A stretch of 64,000 bases of DNA from an uncultured Planctomycetaceae bacterium. GTDB taxonomy: Bacteria > Planctomycetota > Planctomycetia > Planctomycetales > Planctomycetaceae. Under the pieces are notes generated by a model. It worked only from the letters and a program-made list of their open reading frames with translations. It had not been told where the DNA came from and did not search any database. Positions 47,374 through 61,065 of the stretch are shown in pieces (within the stretch, counting starts at the first letter, position 1; every line of letters starts with the position of its first letter). Both the position numbers and the translations under genes were made by a program. The stretch is from positions 64,001 to 128,000 of the forward strand of contig CAWFAK010000007.1 in the NCBI GenBank assembly GCA_963813715.1, in the 5' to 3' direction.

Positions 47374-48831
47374 ATGAACTACGACCTGCTGGTGATTGGA
47401 AGTGGACCTGCCGGGCAGAAGGGTGCGATTGCTGCCGCCAAGCTGAACAAGCGGGTGGCGATTATCGAGCGACGCACCGAGTCGATGGGCGGGGTCTGCC
47501 TGCACACCGGCACGATTCCCTCGAAGACGATGCGGGAGGCCATCCTGCACCTCACCGGGTATCGCCAGCGGGAGATTTACGCCGACGCGTACCGCCGCAA
47601 ACGGCAGGTGACGATGAGCGACCTGCGCCGCAAGCTGGAGCAGGTGACGCAGCACGAAGTCGACGTGGTGCAGGATCAGCTGCAGCGGAACCGGGTCGAT
47701 TTGTTTGCCGGCGAAGCGCGGTTTGTCGGCCCCCACGAAGTGGAAGTCACGTCGAGCGAGGGCTCGCGGATTCTGCGGGGGGACAACATTCTGGTCGCCG
47801 TCGGCACGAAGCCGGCGCGGCCGAGCCATATTCCTTTTGACGGCAAGCGGATCTTCGACTCGGACGAGCTGCTCAAGCTGGAGCAGATTCCCCGGTCGAT
47901 GATCGTCGTCGGTGCGGGCGTGATCGGCATCGAGTATGCGATCATGCTGGCGACCTTGGGCGTGCAGGTGACGGTGGTCGACGGCCGCGAGCGGATTCTG
48001 GATTTCTGCGATTCGGAAATTGTCGACACGCTGATTTACCACGCCCGCTCGTTGGGCATTGTGTTCCGCCTGGGCGAGGACGTGGTCGGCATTCAGAAGC
48101 TGCCGCAGGGCATGGTCTTCGTGCAGCTGGAGAGCGGCAAGCGGCTCGTCGGCGAGACGGTGCTGTTCACGGTCGGACGCGTGGGCGACACGGCCGACCT
48201 CAACCTGCAGGCGGCGGGCCTGGAGCCGGACGAACGCGGACGCCTCTGGTGCAACGAACACAATCAGACGTGGGTGCCTCACATCTACGGCGTCGGCGAC
48301 GTGGTCGGTTTTCCGGCCCTCGCCAGCGTGTCGATGGAACAGGGACGGCGGGCCGTGTGCCACGCCTTCGGCCAGCCGTTCGAGACCTGCAAGCACCTGC
48401 CGTACGGTTTGTTCTCGATTCCCGAAATTTCGATGGTGGGCCAGACGGAGCAGAAGCTGACGGCCGACTGCGTCCCCTACGAAGTGGGCGTGGCTCGCTA
48501 CAAAGAAATTGCCCGCGGCCACATCATCGGCGACACGACGGGCATGCTCAAGATTCTGTTCCACCGGCACACGCGGAAGCTGTTGGGCATTCACTGCATC
48601 GGCGAGGCGGCGACCGAGATCGTCCACATCGGCCAGGCGGTGATGGCCCTCGACGGCACGATCGACTACTTCCGCGATACGGTCTTCAACTACCCGACGA
48701 TGGCCGAATGCTACAAGACGGCCGCCTTCGACGGCTTCAACAAGCTGAGCTACGACCGCTGGTGCACGCCGGAAGGCACGACGCAAAGCGCCGAAGTGAC
48801 GGCGACGCTCGAGCTGGCCGCGGCGACCTAA
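47374..48831 (+). CDS. sthA: Soluble pyridine nucleotide transhydrogenase
   Basis: YDLLVIGSGPAGQKGA, GGVCLHTGTIPSKT (lacks the second redox Cys), GDVVGFPALAS, FNYPTMAECYK. Confidence 0.93.
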   Translation: MNYDLLVIGSGPAGQKGAIAAAKLNKRVAIIERRTESMGGVCLHTGTIPSKTMREAILHLTGYRQREIYADAYRRKRQVTMSDLRRKLEQVTQHEVDVVQDQLQRNRVDLFAGEARFVGPHEVEVTSSEGSRILRGDNILVAVGTKPARPSHIPFDGKRIFDSDELLKLEQIPRSMIVVGAGVIGIEYAIMLATLGVQVTVVDGRERILDFCDSEIVDTLIYHARSLGIVFRLGEDVVGIQKLPQGMVFVQLESGKRLVGETVLFTVGRVGDTADLNLQAAGLEPDERGRLWCNEHNQTWVPHIYGVGDVVGFPALASVSMEQGRRAVCHAFGQPFETCKHLPYGLFSIPEISMVGQTEQKLTADCVPYEVGVARYKEIARGHIIGDTTGMLKILFHRHTRKLLGIHCIGEAATEIVHIGQAVMALDGTIDYFRDTVFNYPTMAECYKTAAFDGFNKLSYDRWCTPEGTTQSAEVTATLELAAAT

Positions 48832-48851
48832 GAGCGTTCAGCGCCGATTTG

Positions 48852-49085
48852 TCAGAGATGTTGGATCAATTCGGCGAATTCCTCGGGCGTCAGATCGATA
48901 TTTCGCAAGATCGATCGAACGAGGGGCCGGCTCAGGTCGCGACCCGCGTGGTGGGGCACAGTCGTCGTGCGGCCGTCTGCGTGCCGATAGAAGACGTGGC
49001 TCCCCTTTTGGCGGACGGCGGCAAATCCGAGTCGCAGCAACGCCTTTTCCATTTTTTTGGCGTCGACGACCGGCAGGCGGGTCAT
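48852..49085 (-). CDS. hicA: HicA family toxin
   Basis: LGFAAVRQKGSHVFYRHADGRTTTVPHH. Confidence 0.92.
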   Translation of the reverse strand: MTRLPVVDAKKMEKALLRLGFAAVRQKGSHVFYRHADGRTTTVPHHAGRDLSRPLVRSILRNIDLTPEEFAELIQHL

Positions 49086-49309
49086 CCATTCACCGTGATC
49101 TGCTGGATGCCGACGAAAGGCTGCGCGTCGATCGGTTCACCTTTCTCGGACCGTTCTTCCAGGATCAGTTCGAGCACTTCTCGCAGATTCTGCTGCAGTT
49201 CGTCGAGAGTGGCGCCCTGGCTATGAGCACCCGCGAGGCCCGGGATTGTGCCCACGTAGAGTCCGGTCTCTTCGTCGAACTCAATGTACGCCGTGAATGT
49301 GTGAGTCAT
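49082..49309 (-). CDS. hicB: HicB family antitoxin, short form without DNA-binding domain
   Basis: YVGTIPGLAGAHSQGATLDELQQNLREVL; overlaps hicA start by ATGA. Confidence 0.9.
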   Translation of the reverse strand: MTHTFTAYIEFDEETGLYVGTIPGLAGAHSQGATLDELQQNLREVLELILEERSEKGEPIDAQPFVGIQQITVNG

Positions 49310-49334
49310 TAACGTCGACCCTTTGCAAGTTCCT

Positions 49335-50469
49335 TCACTCTACTTTAGCAGTCGACCGGCCGACTCGCACTGGCCGACTCCCCTCGAGAGAAACGCTGTT
49401 TTGCGAGACGTCGGCATCATTGGATTCGTTCACTTGGAACTGTCGAAGCAGCCCCGAAATATCCGCGGGCAACGGCGATTCGAATGTGACACGGCCGCCC
49501 AGGATGGGATGGTCGAACTCGAGGCGGTGCGCGTGCAGAGCATGACGGCCGGTCGGTTCGTCGGCTTCGACGTCGTCGGTCGATTCGCCGTTCGGGCCCG
49601 GGTTTGCGAGTTGGCCGGCTCGTGCGGCGGCGGGCGCAGAGGGCTTTGTACTCAGCCTTGCTGAGCTTGATCGCTCCGTAGGGGCCGTAGAATTCATCGC
49701 CGACGACCGGGTGGCCGAGTTCTGCCATGTGCAGGCGGATTTGATGGTTGCGGCCAGTGCGCGGGCGGGCGCGGACGAGGGTGTTTTCGGGGCCGCGGGC
49801 GAGCACTTCGTAGTCGGTGCGGCTCGGCCGCCGATCGCCGGCTTCGGGACTGCACGACATCAGCACGCTGCCGGCCTCGGGCGAAGTGCCGATTGGCACG
49901 TCGATCGTGCCGCGCTGGTCGGCCAAAACTCCCTCGACGAGGGCCAGGTAGCTTTTTGAGATTCGCTCCTGCTGGAACTGGATCGAGAGTTGGCGGTGGG
50001 TCAGGTGTTCCTTGGCAACGACGATCAGTCCGCTCGTCATCCGGTCGAGGCGATGGACGATGCCCGGCCGCAGCAGACCGGGCCATACCGTTTGTTGATC
50101 GAAGTGATGTTGCAGTGCGTTACACAGCGTGCCGGTCTGCAGGTCGCCGGCCGGATGCGTGATCTGCCCCGGCGGCTTGTCGACGACGATCAGCCAGGCG
50201 TCTTCGTAAACGATGTTGAGCGGCAACGCCTGCGGGCGATGAATTTTGTCGGGCGGCTCGATCAGGCGGATGCTGACCGTGTCGCCCTGGTAGACCCGCT
50301 CGGCGATTTCGACCGTATTGCCGTCGAGCTTCACCTGCCCGGCGGCAACGATCCGCTGCAGTTTCCACGGCGTGTAATTACGGAAGTGCCGGGCGAGAAA
50401 CGAATCGATCCGCACGCCACTCAAGTAGCGTTCGACAACGAGCTCGGCAGTGAAGGGAAAGGGAGGCAC
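49335..50469 (-). CDS. RluA/RluD-family pseudouridine synthase with S4 domain (3' frameshift)
   Basis: RIDSFL, VDKPPG, GIVHRLDRMTSG, TGRNHQIRLH, GHPVVGD; ALHAHRLEFDHP in the next frame. Confidence 0.92.
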
Positions 50470-50524
50470 GTCCCGATTGTCGCAAGTGCGGCCGGTTCCT
50501 GCGACGACCGCGGATGCCCGCGGG

Positions 50525-51337
50525 CTAGCGGATGGTCGACGGGCCCGGTGATTCCTTCTTCGGCCGAATCTGGTAGTTCCGCCGCGACTGGTCGAACTCC
50601 AGCTCGATCATTTTGCTCTCGGCGGCGTCTTCCAAGAGTTCGGAGAAGCTGTTGTAGCCGTAGTAGCCCTCGTTGAAGCCGGGATAAACCCGGCGGATGA
50701 CTTGCTTGAGCATCGAGCCCCAGATGGGGTCGTAGTCCTGTTCGAGCGAGTGGACGACTTCCAGCAGGCGGTCGAGCGCTTCCTGCTTTTTGTCCTCGCG
50801 CCGCTTGACCCCCTTCTTTGGGGCGGCCGCGGCCGTGCCCTTTTGGGCCGTCCGCACCAGGTCGTCGTAATAGATGAACTCGTCGCAGTTGGCGATCAGG
50901 AGGTCCGAGGTGGAGCTTTTCACGCCGCAGCCGATCACCCGGTTGTTGTTTTCCTTGAGCTTGGAGACCAGCGGGGAAAAGTCGCTGTCGCCGGAGACGA
51001 GGGCGAAGACGTCGATGTGGTTCTTGGAATAGCACAGGTCCATGGCGTCGACGACCATGCGGATGTCGGCGCTGTTCTTGCCGCTCATCTTGCTCTGGGG
51101 GATGTCGATCAGTTCGATCCCCTGGGAGTGGAACTCGCGGATGGCGTCGCGGTAATGGCTCCAGTCGCAATAGGCCCGCTTGAAGACGATGCGGCCTTTT
51201 TCCAGGAGCCGTTTGAGGACGAGTTGGATTTTGAAGTCACCCGTTTTCATGCCGCGAACGCCGATGGCAAGATTCTCGAAGTCGATAAAGACGGCGATCA
51301 GCGGTTCGTCGGAGCGAGTCAGGCCTGTTGCGCTCAA
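50525..51337 (-). CDS. NYN (LabA/DUF88 PIN-like) domain protein with C-terminal OST-HTH/LOTUS
   Basis: AVFIDFENL, GKNSADIRMVVD, SGDSDFSPL, CDEFIYY; PGFNEGYYGYNSFSELLE. Confidence 0.9.
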   Translation of the reverse strand: MSATGLTRSDEPLIAVFIDFENLAIGVRGMKTGDFKIQLVLKRLLEKGRIVFKRAYCDWSHYRDAIREFHSQGIELIDIPQSKMSGKNSADIRMVVDAMDLCYSKNHIDVFALVSGDSDFSPLVSKLKENNNRVIGCGVKSSTSDLLIANCDEFIYYDDLVRTAQKGTAAAAPKKGVKRREDKKQEALDRLLEVVHSLEQDYDPIWGSMLKQVIRRVYPGFNEGYYGYNSFSELLEDAAESKMIELEFDQSRRNYQIRPKKESPGPSTIR

Positions 51338-51454
51338 GCGATGGCCCTCGTGGGATTCGATCGATGGGAGGGGCTGTTCGGACGAAAGGATAAGAGAAGT
51401 GTGCGAAAGCGGCAAGCGCGTCTGGCTGGATCCCGCGACGGCAACCTGTTGGCG

Positions 51455-53363
51455 CTACCGCCTTTGACGCGCCTGCATCTGCCGGGTGATGGCGATCTCT
51501 TTGCGAGCGACCTCGTAATGCGGGTCGATCTCGAGCAGCCGTTCGAGCTCTTGGACCGCCTCGTCGAACCGCCCCTCCCCGCGGAGGGCCACGGCAATGT
51601 AGTGGTAGCAGTCGATCTGTTTCGGATCGAGGGCCAGTGCCCGTTTTCCATGGCGAATCGCGGCGGCGTAATCCCGCGTCTTCGCGCACAAGAGCGACAG
51701 GTTCGCCTCGGCATTGGCCAGGTTCGGATCGATTTGGACGGCCCGTTCGAGCTGGCGGCGGGCCTCGGCGTCTCTGATGGCGGTCCATCAACAGGACGGC
51801 GAAATCGTTGTGCGTTTGGGCCGAATTGTCGTCCAGCTCGAGTGCCGCTTGGTAATGCTCGATCGCTTCGTCGCCGCGGCCCGTTTTATCCAGGGCGCCG
51901 GCCAGCTTGTATTGCAGCACGGCCGACGGCGGCGCGAGGCGAATGGCCGACTCGAGCTCGGGGATCGCCTTGTCGGGTTGTTCTGCATACAGATAGGCGG
52001 CCGCCAGGTATTGGTGCGGCGTCGGGTGATCGGGCAGGACGGCCGCCTCATGGCTGAGCAGGCGAATCGAGTCGTGCCAATAGCCGATCTGATGAAACGA
52101 AACAGCCGCGAACGCTGCCAGCGCGACGACGGCTACCGCCGGAACGATTCGCGTCCGCGGCACACCCACCGGCGTTCCGTCCGCGACGAGCCAGGTCACC
52201 GCCAGGAAGATGCCAATCAGCGGGAAGTAGGTGTAGCGGTCGGCCATCTGCTGCCCACCGATCTGCACCAAGCCGATCAATGGCACCAGCGTGCCCAAGT
52301 ACCACGACCAGCCGACGAACACGTACGGCCGTCGCCGGAGGCAATAGAGGGCAAACGCCGAGATCGCCAGCAACAGCACGCCGGCAGCAAGCACGTCGGC
52401 CCAGCCGAGTCGAAAGCCCGGATGCGGATAATAGACCACCAGATTGACGGGAATCAGCGTCTTCCCCAGGTAGACCGCATAAACCACGACCGCGTTCATC
52501 AGCCGCAGAGAGAGCGGCAGCGCCTCGACGACGGCCCCGCCGTGCGACTGCGCGTACGAGGCCACGGCCGAGAAGATCGCGGACAGGCCGAAGAACGGCA
52601 CCTTCTCCAGCAGCAGTCGGCCGAACGGCTGCGGCGATCCGGGCCGCTTGGGCTCCGCCGGCAAGCGGTCGGCCGTCGGCCCGAGCTGCATCCGGCCCAG
52701 CGGCCAGAGATCGAGCAGCAGAAAGACGAACGGCAGCGTCACCAGAGTTTGCTTGGCCATCAGGCTCAGCGCCAGACCGACGAAGGCCATGGCCAGATTG
52801 ACCCAGGCGGCGCCGACGCGCTGGGCATAACGCACATAGGCCCACAGCGAGATCATCCCGAAGAAGATGCTCAGCACGTCCTTGCGTTCGGCGATCCACG
52901 CCACCGACTCCACGTGCAGCGGATGCAGGGCAAACAGGGCCGCCACGAACGCGCTGGGCAGATCGCGGCCTGTGGCCTGGGCCAGCGACCAGAACAAGAG
53001 CACGACACACGCCGCGTGCAACAGCGTATTGGTGATGTGGAACCCGCTCGCCCGACCGCCGTACAGATCGACGTCGAGCATCAGCGAGATCCAGGTCAGC
53101 GGGATCCAGTTGGAATCGTGGACGGAAGTAAAGCTCCAGGCGACGTTCCGCGCGGTGAGCCCGGTCGTCACATGAACGTTATCGATGACATAGACCGGGT
53201 CGTCGATCGAGAGTGCCCCGTACCACCACGTCGGGCCATACAGCGCCAGCGACCCGACCGTCAGCAGCAGCGCGAGCAGCAGTCGGCGTTTGGGCCAACC
53301 CCCAACGTTCGACCGCTCGACTGCGACCGCGGGGCTCGGAACTTTCTGCGACCGACGACTCAT
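51455..53363 (-). CDS. TMTC-like membrane glycosyltransferase with C-terminal TPRs (3' frameshift)
   Basis: DDPVYVIDN, WIPLTWIS, LFALHPLHVESVAWIAERKD, EKVPF, MADRYTYFP, then TPRs. Confidence 0.88.
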
Positions 53364-53426
53364 CACGCTACCGGTTGGGCCACGCCGGAAGAGGACCGGA
53401 CGCCGATCGCTGCGCCGGGCCGACCA

Positions 53427-56099
<2,673 letters not shown>

Positions 56100-56352
56100 C
56101 GTCGTTCTCCTGGTCACTGTCCCCGGTCACTGCGGGCAGCCGCCGCGATCGGTAGCGAGCCTCTGCCGCACCGCTACAATCAGCGGCGAACAGCACGGCT
56201 GGCAGCGGCCAGCGGCACGGGCCCTCGAGACGTTCATCGTTGTTCTTCGGGCCGACATTGTATTGTATGGCCGGGAGGCGGCAAAGCCGCGCGACGCATC
56301 CTGCTGCAACAGAAAAACCACACCCATGAAGAATGAGCCGAAGGGGATTTCG

Positions 56353-58280
56353 ATGCTGCACGCTTTGGCGACGATCGTGCTTCTGTCTGTGGTTCGCGCC
56401 GCCGCGCGGAGGAAATCGACCCCATCAAGCCGCCCGCCATTGCGACGCAAAGCGTGCCCATCGTTCCCGAGACGATCGCCGACCGGCTTCGCCAATTCCA
56501 GAACGTCCGCACGGCCGTGTTTCACGGCTGGGCGCCGGACGGCAAGGGTCTGCTGATCGCCACGCGGTTCGGCAACACGATGCAGCTGCACCGCGTTTAT
56601 GAGCCGGGCGGCCGCCGGGAGCAGGTGACGTTCTTCGACGAACCGGCCAACGGGCACACGCTCCGGGCTGCCACCGACGGCGCCCTGCTCGTGTCTATGA
56701 GCGAAGGCGGCAGCGAACGCGACCAGGTCTTTTGCCTCGAGCCCCGCACCGGACGCGTGACGCGGCTCACCGACGGCCGCTCGCGCAACCAGGTGCAGGC
56801 GGTCAGCCGCGATGGCACCAAGATCGTCATCGCCAGCAACGAGCGCAACGGCCGTGATACCGATCTGTTTACCGCCAATCCGCGGCTCGCCGGCTCGATG
56901 CGGCCCCTCTATCGGGCTCGCGGCGAGTTTTGGAACGCGCAGGACTGGTCGGCCGACACCTCGCACCTTCTGATGAGCCGCTACGTGTCGATCAACGAGT
57001 CGTACCCGGCCATCCTCGACACGGCGAACGGCCAGACGGTCGCGATTCCTTCCCCGGGCCCGTCGCCGACGGCCTTCGGCCCAATGAGGTATTCCGCCGA
57101 CTCGAAGTCGATCTATCTATCGAGCGATGCCCGCAGCGAGTTTTTGCAACTCGCTCGGGTCGACGCCGAAACGCTCAAATACACCTGGCTCACCGACGGC
57201 ATTCACTGGGACGTGGAAGAGATCGCCGTCGACCCGCATTCCGGCCGCGTGGCCTTCACGGTGAACGAAGACGGCCTGAGCACCCTCTATTTGCTGGAAA
57301 ACGATCAGCCCAAGCGATTGCCGGTCGAGCCGGGCATCATCACGGGGATCGAGTTCTCGCCCGACGGCGGCAAGCTGGGGTTCACCCTGGCTCGCCCCGA
57401 GGCGCCGTCCGACGTCTTCTCGCTAACCCTGGCCGACGGCCAACTGACGCGGTGGACGTTTAGCGAGGTGGGGGGGCTCGATCCGTCGACCTTCGTCGCG
57501 CCGCAGACGATCCACTACAAGTCGTTCGACTCCCGCCAGATACCGGCCTACGTCTACAAGCCGCGCGACGCGTCTCCGCAGCACCCGGTGGCCGTGCTGA
57601 TCAACATTCACGGCGGTCCCGAAGGCCAGTTTCGCCCGACCTTTACCGGCATGGAACAGTTCTTCGTCAACGAGCTGGGGCTGGCGGTGATCGCTCCCAA
57701 CGTCCGGGGTTCGTCGGGCTACGGGAAGACCTATCTCAAGCTGGATAACGCCGAACTCCGCGAAGACAGCGTCCGCGATATCGGCGCCCTGCTCGACTGG
57801 ATCGCCACCCAGCCGGAGCTCGACGCCAAACGGGTGGCGGTCTACGGCGGATCGTACGGCGGTTACATGGTGCTGGCCTCGCTCACGCATTACAGCGACC
57901 GCATTCGGGCGGGGGTCGACATCGTCGGCGTCGCCAGCTTCAACACCATGCTCAAGACGACGAGTGCCTACCGGCAGGACCTCCGCCGGGCCGAATATGG
58001 CGACGAACGCGACCCCAAGATGCGGGCCTTCTTCACCCGGATCGACCCGCTCAACAACGCCCAAAAAATCCACTCGGCGTTGCTCGTCGCCCACGGGCGG
58101 AACGACCCCCGCGTCCCCTTCACCGAGGCCCAGCAAATCGTCGCCAAGGTAAGGGCCAACGGCAAAACAGTCTGGACAATCTACGCGAATAACGAAGGTC
58201 ACGGGTTCCAGAAAAAGGCCAATCGCGATTATCTCAACGCGGCGATCGCCCTGTTTCTCAAACAGAATCTGGGTCCCTGA
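56353..58280 (+). CDS. S9 family peptidase, exported (5' frameshift)
   Basis: IHGGPEGQ, PNVRGSSGYGK, GGSYGG nucleophile, NDPRVP, EGHGF. Confidence 0.92.
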
Positions 58281-58537
58281 GGCCGGCCACGGCGGTTTAA
58301 GCCGTATGATCCCAGCGAGTTGCTGCCTCTGCTGCGCGGCCCCTACGGCTCACTCCACGTCGTCCCAAACCGTATACTGGTAACGATTTGTTCGCTGCCG
58401 GTCGGATTCTGATATGCACAAATGTCTGACTAAAGAATCTGTAACGAAGCGCCCGCAAAGTTGATTTTACTTGCCCAGCTTGTTGCCATTGGTCCGTTCT
58501 AAATCGACCTCTCTTCAACAACGGAGGAAGAACGCCA

Positions 58538-59281
58538 ATGACTGCAGTTGCCTACATCGCACTTTCGTTCGCAACGTTGCTGCCGGCGCCGGGCCAGAAG
58601 GTTTACACGGAGTACTATCCAGCATTCGTCGCTGCCCGCAGTTCGGGCAAGATGCTGCTGGTCGACTTCGGGACCGACTTCGACTTCAAGACCGTCGATG
58701 CGAAAAGTCTCGAAGGCTACGTGATCTGCCATGTCCCGGTCGACTACAAGCTGAAGATCGACGGGAAGATGGCCCGCCTGATCGACGCCCCGGCCTTTTA
58801 CTGTCTCCAACAACAGCCCGGCATTGTCGTCGTCGACCTGCATAACAAGGAGCACTTTCGCGAAACTGTGAGCGTCCTGCCGCAGCGTTACGTGGCGGCT
58901 TATTACGTCGGGGCGCTGCTCGACCTGCCGTCGGGGACGATTACTCAACGGACGTTGACCTGGGCCTTCCGGGTGCACCAGGAACATCCGCCTTGCACGA
59001 ACGGCATGGCTGATCCCGGCATGATGCAGCATGCCGACGTCCACTCACTGAATCAGGCCAATTCCAACTCGATGTACCACTCCGGCAATTTCCCGGGGAG
59101 CTTCGAGATCGTCGCTCAATCGATGGGCGGCGGGAACATGGCTGACATCGCCGTCGAACTCGTGAATCTCTGGCGGAGTTCGGCCCCGCACTGGGGTGCG
59201 GCCATCACGCCGTGGTCGGCCTACGGCGTCGACATGCAGACGAACGGCAGCGTCTGGTACGCCACGGGCGTCTTCCGCTAA
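58538..59281 (+). CDS. Exported protein with CAP/SCP-like C-terminal domain
   Basis: GGAGG RBS; HSLNQA..MYH, EIVAQS, LWRSSAPHW, YGVDM..GSVWYATGVF. Confidence 0.7.
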   Translation: MTAVAYIALSFATLLPAPGQKVYTEYYPAFVAARSSGKMLLVDFGTDFDFKTVDAKSLEGYVICHVPVDYKLKIDGKMARLIDAPAFYCLQQQPGIVVVDLHNKEHFRETVSVLPQRYVAAYYVGALLDLPSGTITQRTLTWAFRVHQEHPPCTNGMADPGMMQHADVHSLNQANSNSMYHSGNFPGSFEIVAQSMGGGNMADIAVELVNLWRSSAPHWGAAITPWSAYGVDMQTNGSVWYATGVFR

Positions 59282-59543
59282 GACACTGCCGCCCAAGACC
59301 GGGCGACCACACGGATCGATTTCGGGCGGCGGCCTCGCGAGCAACGCGCGGGGCCGCCGCACTTTATTTTTGGGCGAGATGGTTCCAAGCTCGCTCGGCG
59401 TGCGGACTTCTCTCCGCCATTCTGCCGCGGGTCCAACGCTCGCTTGTGGTATGCTCAAGAAAAGAGCTGGACACAAGCATCGTGTCGAGGCGTGTCGCCA
59501 AGTCCGGTGCTTTCCGCGGCGGCGTATAGTTCAGGAGCGGCCG

Positions 59544-61031
59544 GTGGTTCGCAGTTGTCCCAATTTCATCGCCGGCGAACGTCGGCCGTCGCGGGCGACC
59601 CAGCAGTTGCCGGTGACCAATCCGGCGACGGGCGAAGTCCTGACCGATCTGCCTCTCTCGGCGGGGGACGAAATCGACGACGCCGTCGCCAGCGCCCGCG
59701 AGGCCTTCCGCACCTGGAGCGAAACGCCCGTTATGGAGCGGGCCCGCGTGCTCTTCCGCTTCAAGCAGAAGCTCGAGGAGGCCCGCAACGAGCTGGTCGA
59801 GCTGGTCGTCCTCGACAACGGCAAGACGCTGGCCGAGGCCCAGGGCGAGGTCCAGCGGGGCATCGAAGTCGTCGAATTCGCCACCGGTATCCCGGCTCAC
59901 ATCCTGGGAACCGTGGCGGAAGACGTCGCCCGCGGCATCGACTGCGAGATGCTCCGCCAGCCGCTGGGAGTGGCGGCCGGTTTCACGCCGTTCAACTTTC
60001 CCGTGATGGTGCCGCTCTGGATGATTCCCGTGGCGGTGGCCTGCGGCAACACGTTCGTGCTGAAACCGTCCGAGCGGTCACCCCTGCCGGCCGTCCGCCT
60101 CGCCGAGCTGTTCGCCGAGTGCGGAGCCCCGCCGGGGACGCTCAACGTCGTTCACGGAGCGTCGGAGACGGCCGAGCGACTGCTGACGCACCCGAACGTG
60201 GCTGCGGCCTCAGTCGTCGGGTCGAGCCCGGTCGCCAAGCACGTTTATGCGACGGCGGCCGCCAGCGGCAAACGAGTGCAGGCGCTTGGCGGGGCGAAGA
60301 ACGCCCTGGTCGTCATGCCCGATGCCGACCTCAATGCCACGGTCGAATCGATCGTGACGTCCGCCTTCGGCTGTGCGGGTCAACGGTGCCTGGCCGGCTC
60401 GAATCTGTTTGCGGTGGGCGACATTGCCGAGCGGCTGGCCGAGTCGCTCTGTGCGGCGGCGTCCCGGCTCAAGCTGGGACCGGGCATCGATCCGTCGACC
60501 AAGATGGGGCCGGTGATCACCGCGCAGGCCAAGGATCGTGTCCACAGCTACGTCGATGCCGGTGTGACAGCCGGAGCCCGCCTGCGGCTCGACGGTCGAC
60601 GCGCGCAGGTCGCGGCCTGCCCCGGCGGGTACTTCATCGGCCCCACAATCTTCGACGATGTCGTGCCGGAGATGGCAATCGCTCGCGACGAGATCTTCGG
60701 CCCGGTCGTCACGATCCTTCGCGTCAAAAACCTGGACGAAGCGATCGAGCGCGTGAACGCCAGCCCGTTCGGCAACTCGGCCAGTCTCTATACGACGAGC
60801 GGCGGCGCCGCGCGGGTCTTCCGCAAGCGGATCGAGGCGGGCATGCTGGGCATCAACCTGGGCGTGCCCGCGCCGATGGCTTTCTTTCCCTTCAGCGGCT
60901 GGAAGGGCTCGTTCTTCGGCGACCTGCACGCTCAGGGGAAAGACGCGATCGATTTCTACACCCGCCGCAAAGTCGTGACGTCGCGATGGGGCGACAGCGA
61001 CGCCCTGTGGAAGTCGAGCAGCGCGAATTGA
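59544..61031 (+). CDS. mmsA: CoA-acylating methylmalonate-semialdehyde dehydrogenase
   Basis: TPFNFPVMVPLW, GKRVQALGGAKN, AFGCAGQRCLA, EIFGPV, PMAFFPFSGWKGSFFGDLH. Confidence 0.92.
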   Translation: MVRSCPNFIAGERRPSRATQQLPVTNPATGEVLTDLPLSAGDEIDDAVASAREAFRTWSETPVMERARVLFRFKQKLEEARNELVELVVLDNGKTLAEAQGEVQRGIEVVEFATGIPAHILGTVAEDVARGIDCEMLRQPLGVAAGFTPFNFPVMVPLWMIPVAVACGNTFVLKPSERSPLPAVRLAELFAECGAPPGTLNVVHGASETAERLLTHPNVAAASVVGSSPVAKHVYATAAASGKRVQALGGAKNALVVMPDADLNATVESIVTSAFGCAGQRCLAGSNLFAVGDIAERLAESLCAAASRLKLGPGIDPSTKMGPVITAQAKDRVHSYVDAGVTAGARLRLDGRRAQVAACPGGYFIGPTIFDDVVPEMAIARDEIFGPVVTILRVKNLDEAIERVNASPFGNSASLYTTSGGAARVFRKRIEAGMLGINLGVPAPMAFFPFSGWKGSFFGDLHAQGKDAIDFYTRRKVVTSRWGDSDALWKSSSAN

Positions 61032-61065
61032 TCGCTGGCCGATCAGACACTGCGGCCCAGCGGCG

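Noticed and set aside
48852..51337. Novel defence island from hicBA plus the NYN protein
   Set aside because: Short hicB-hicA pairs and NYN-LOTUS proteins are common, and they are interleaved with a housekeeping RluA gene.
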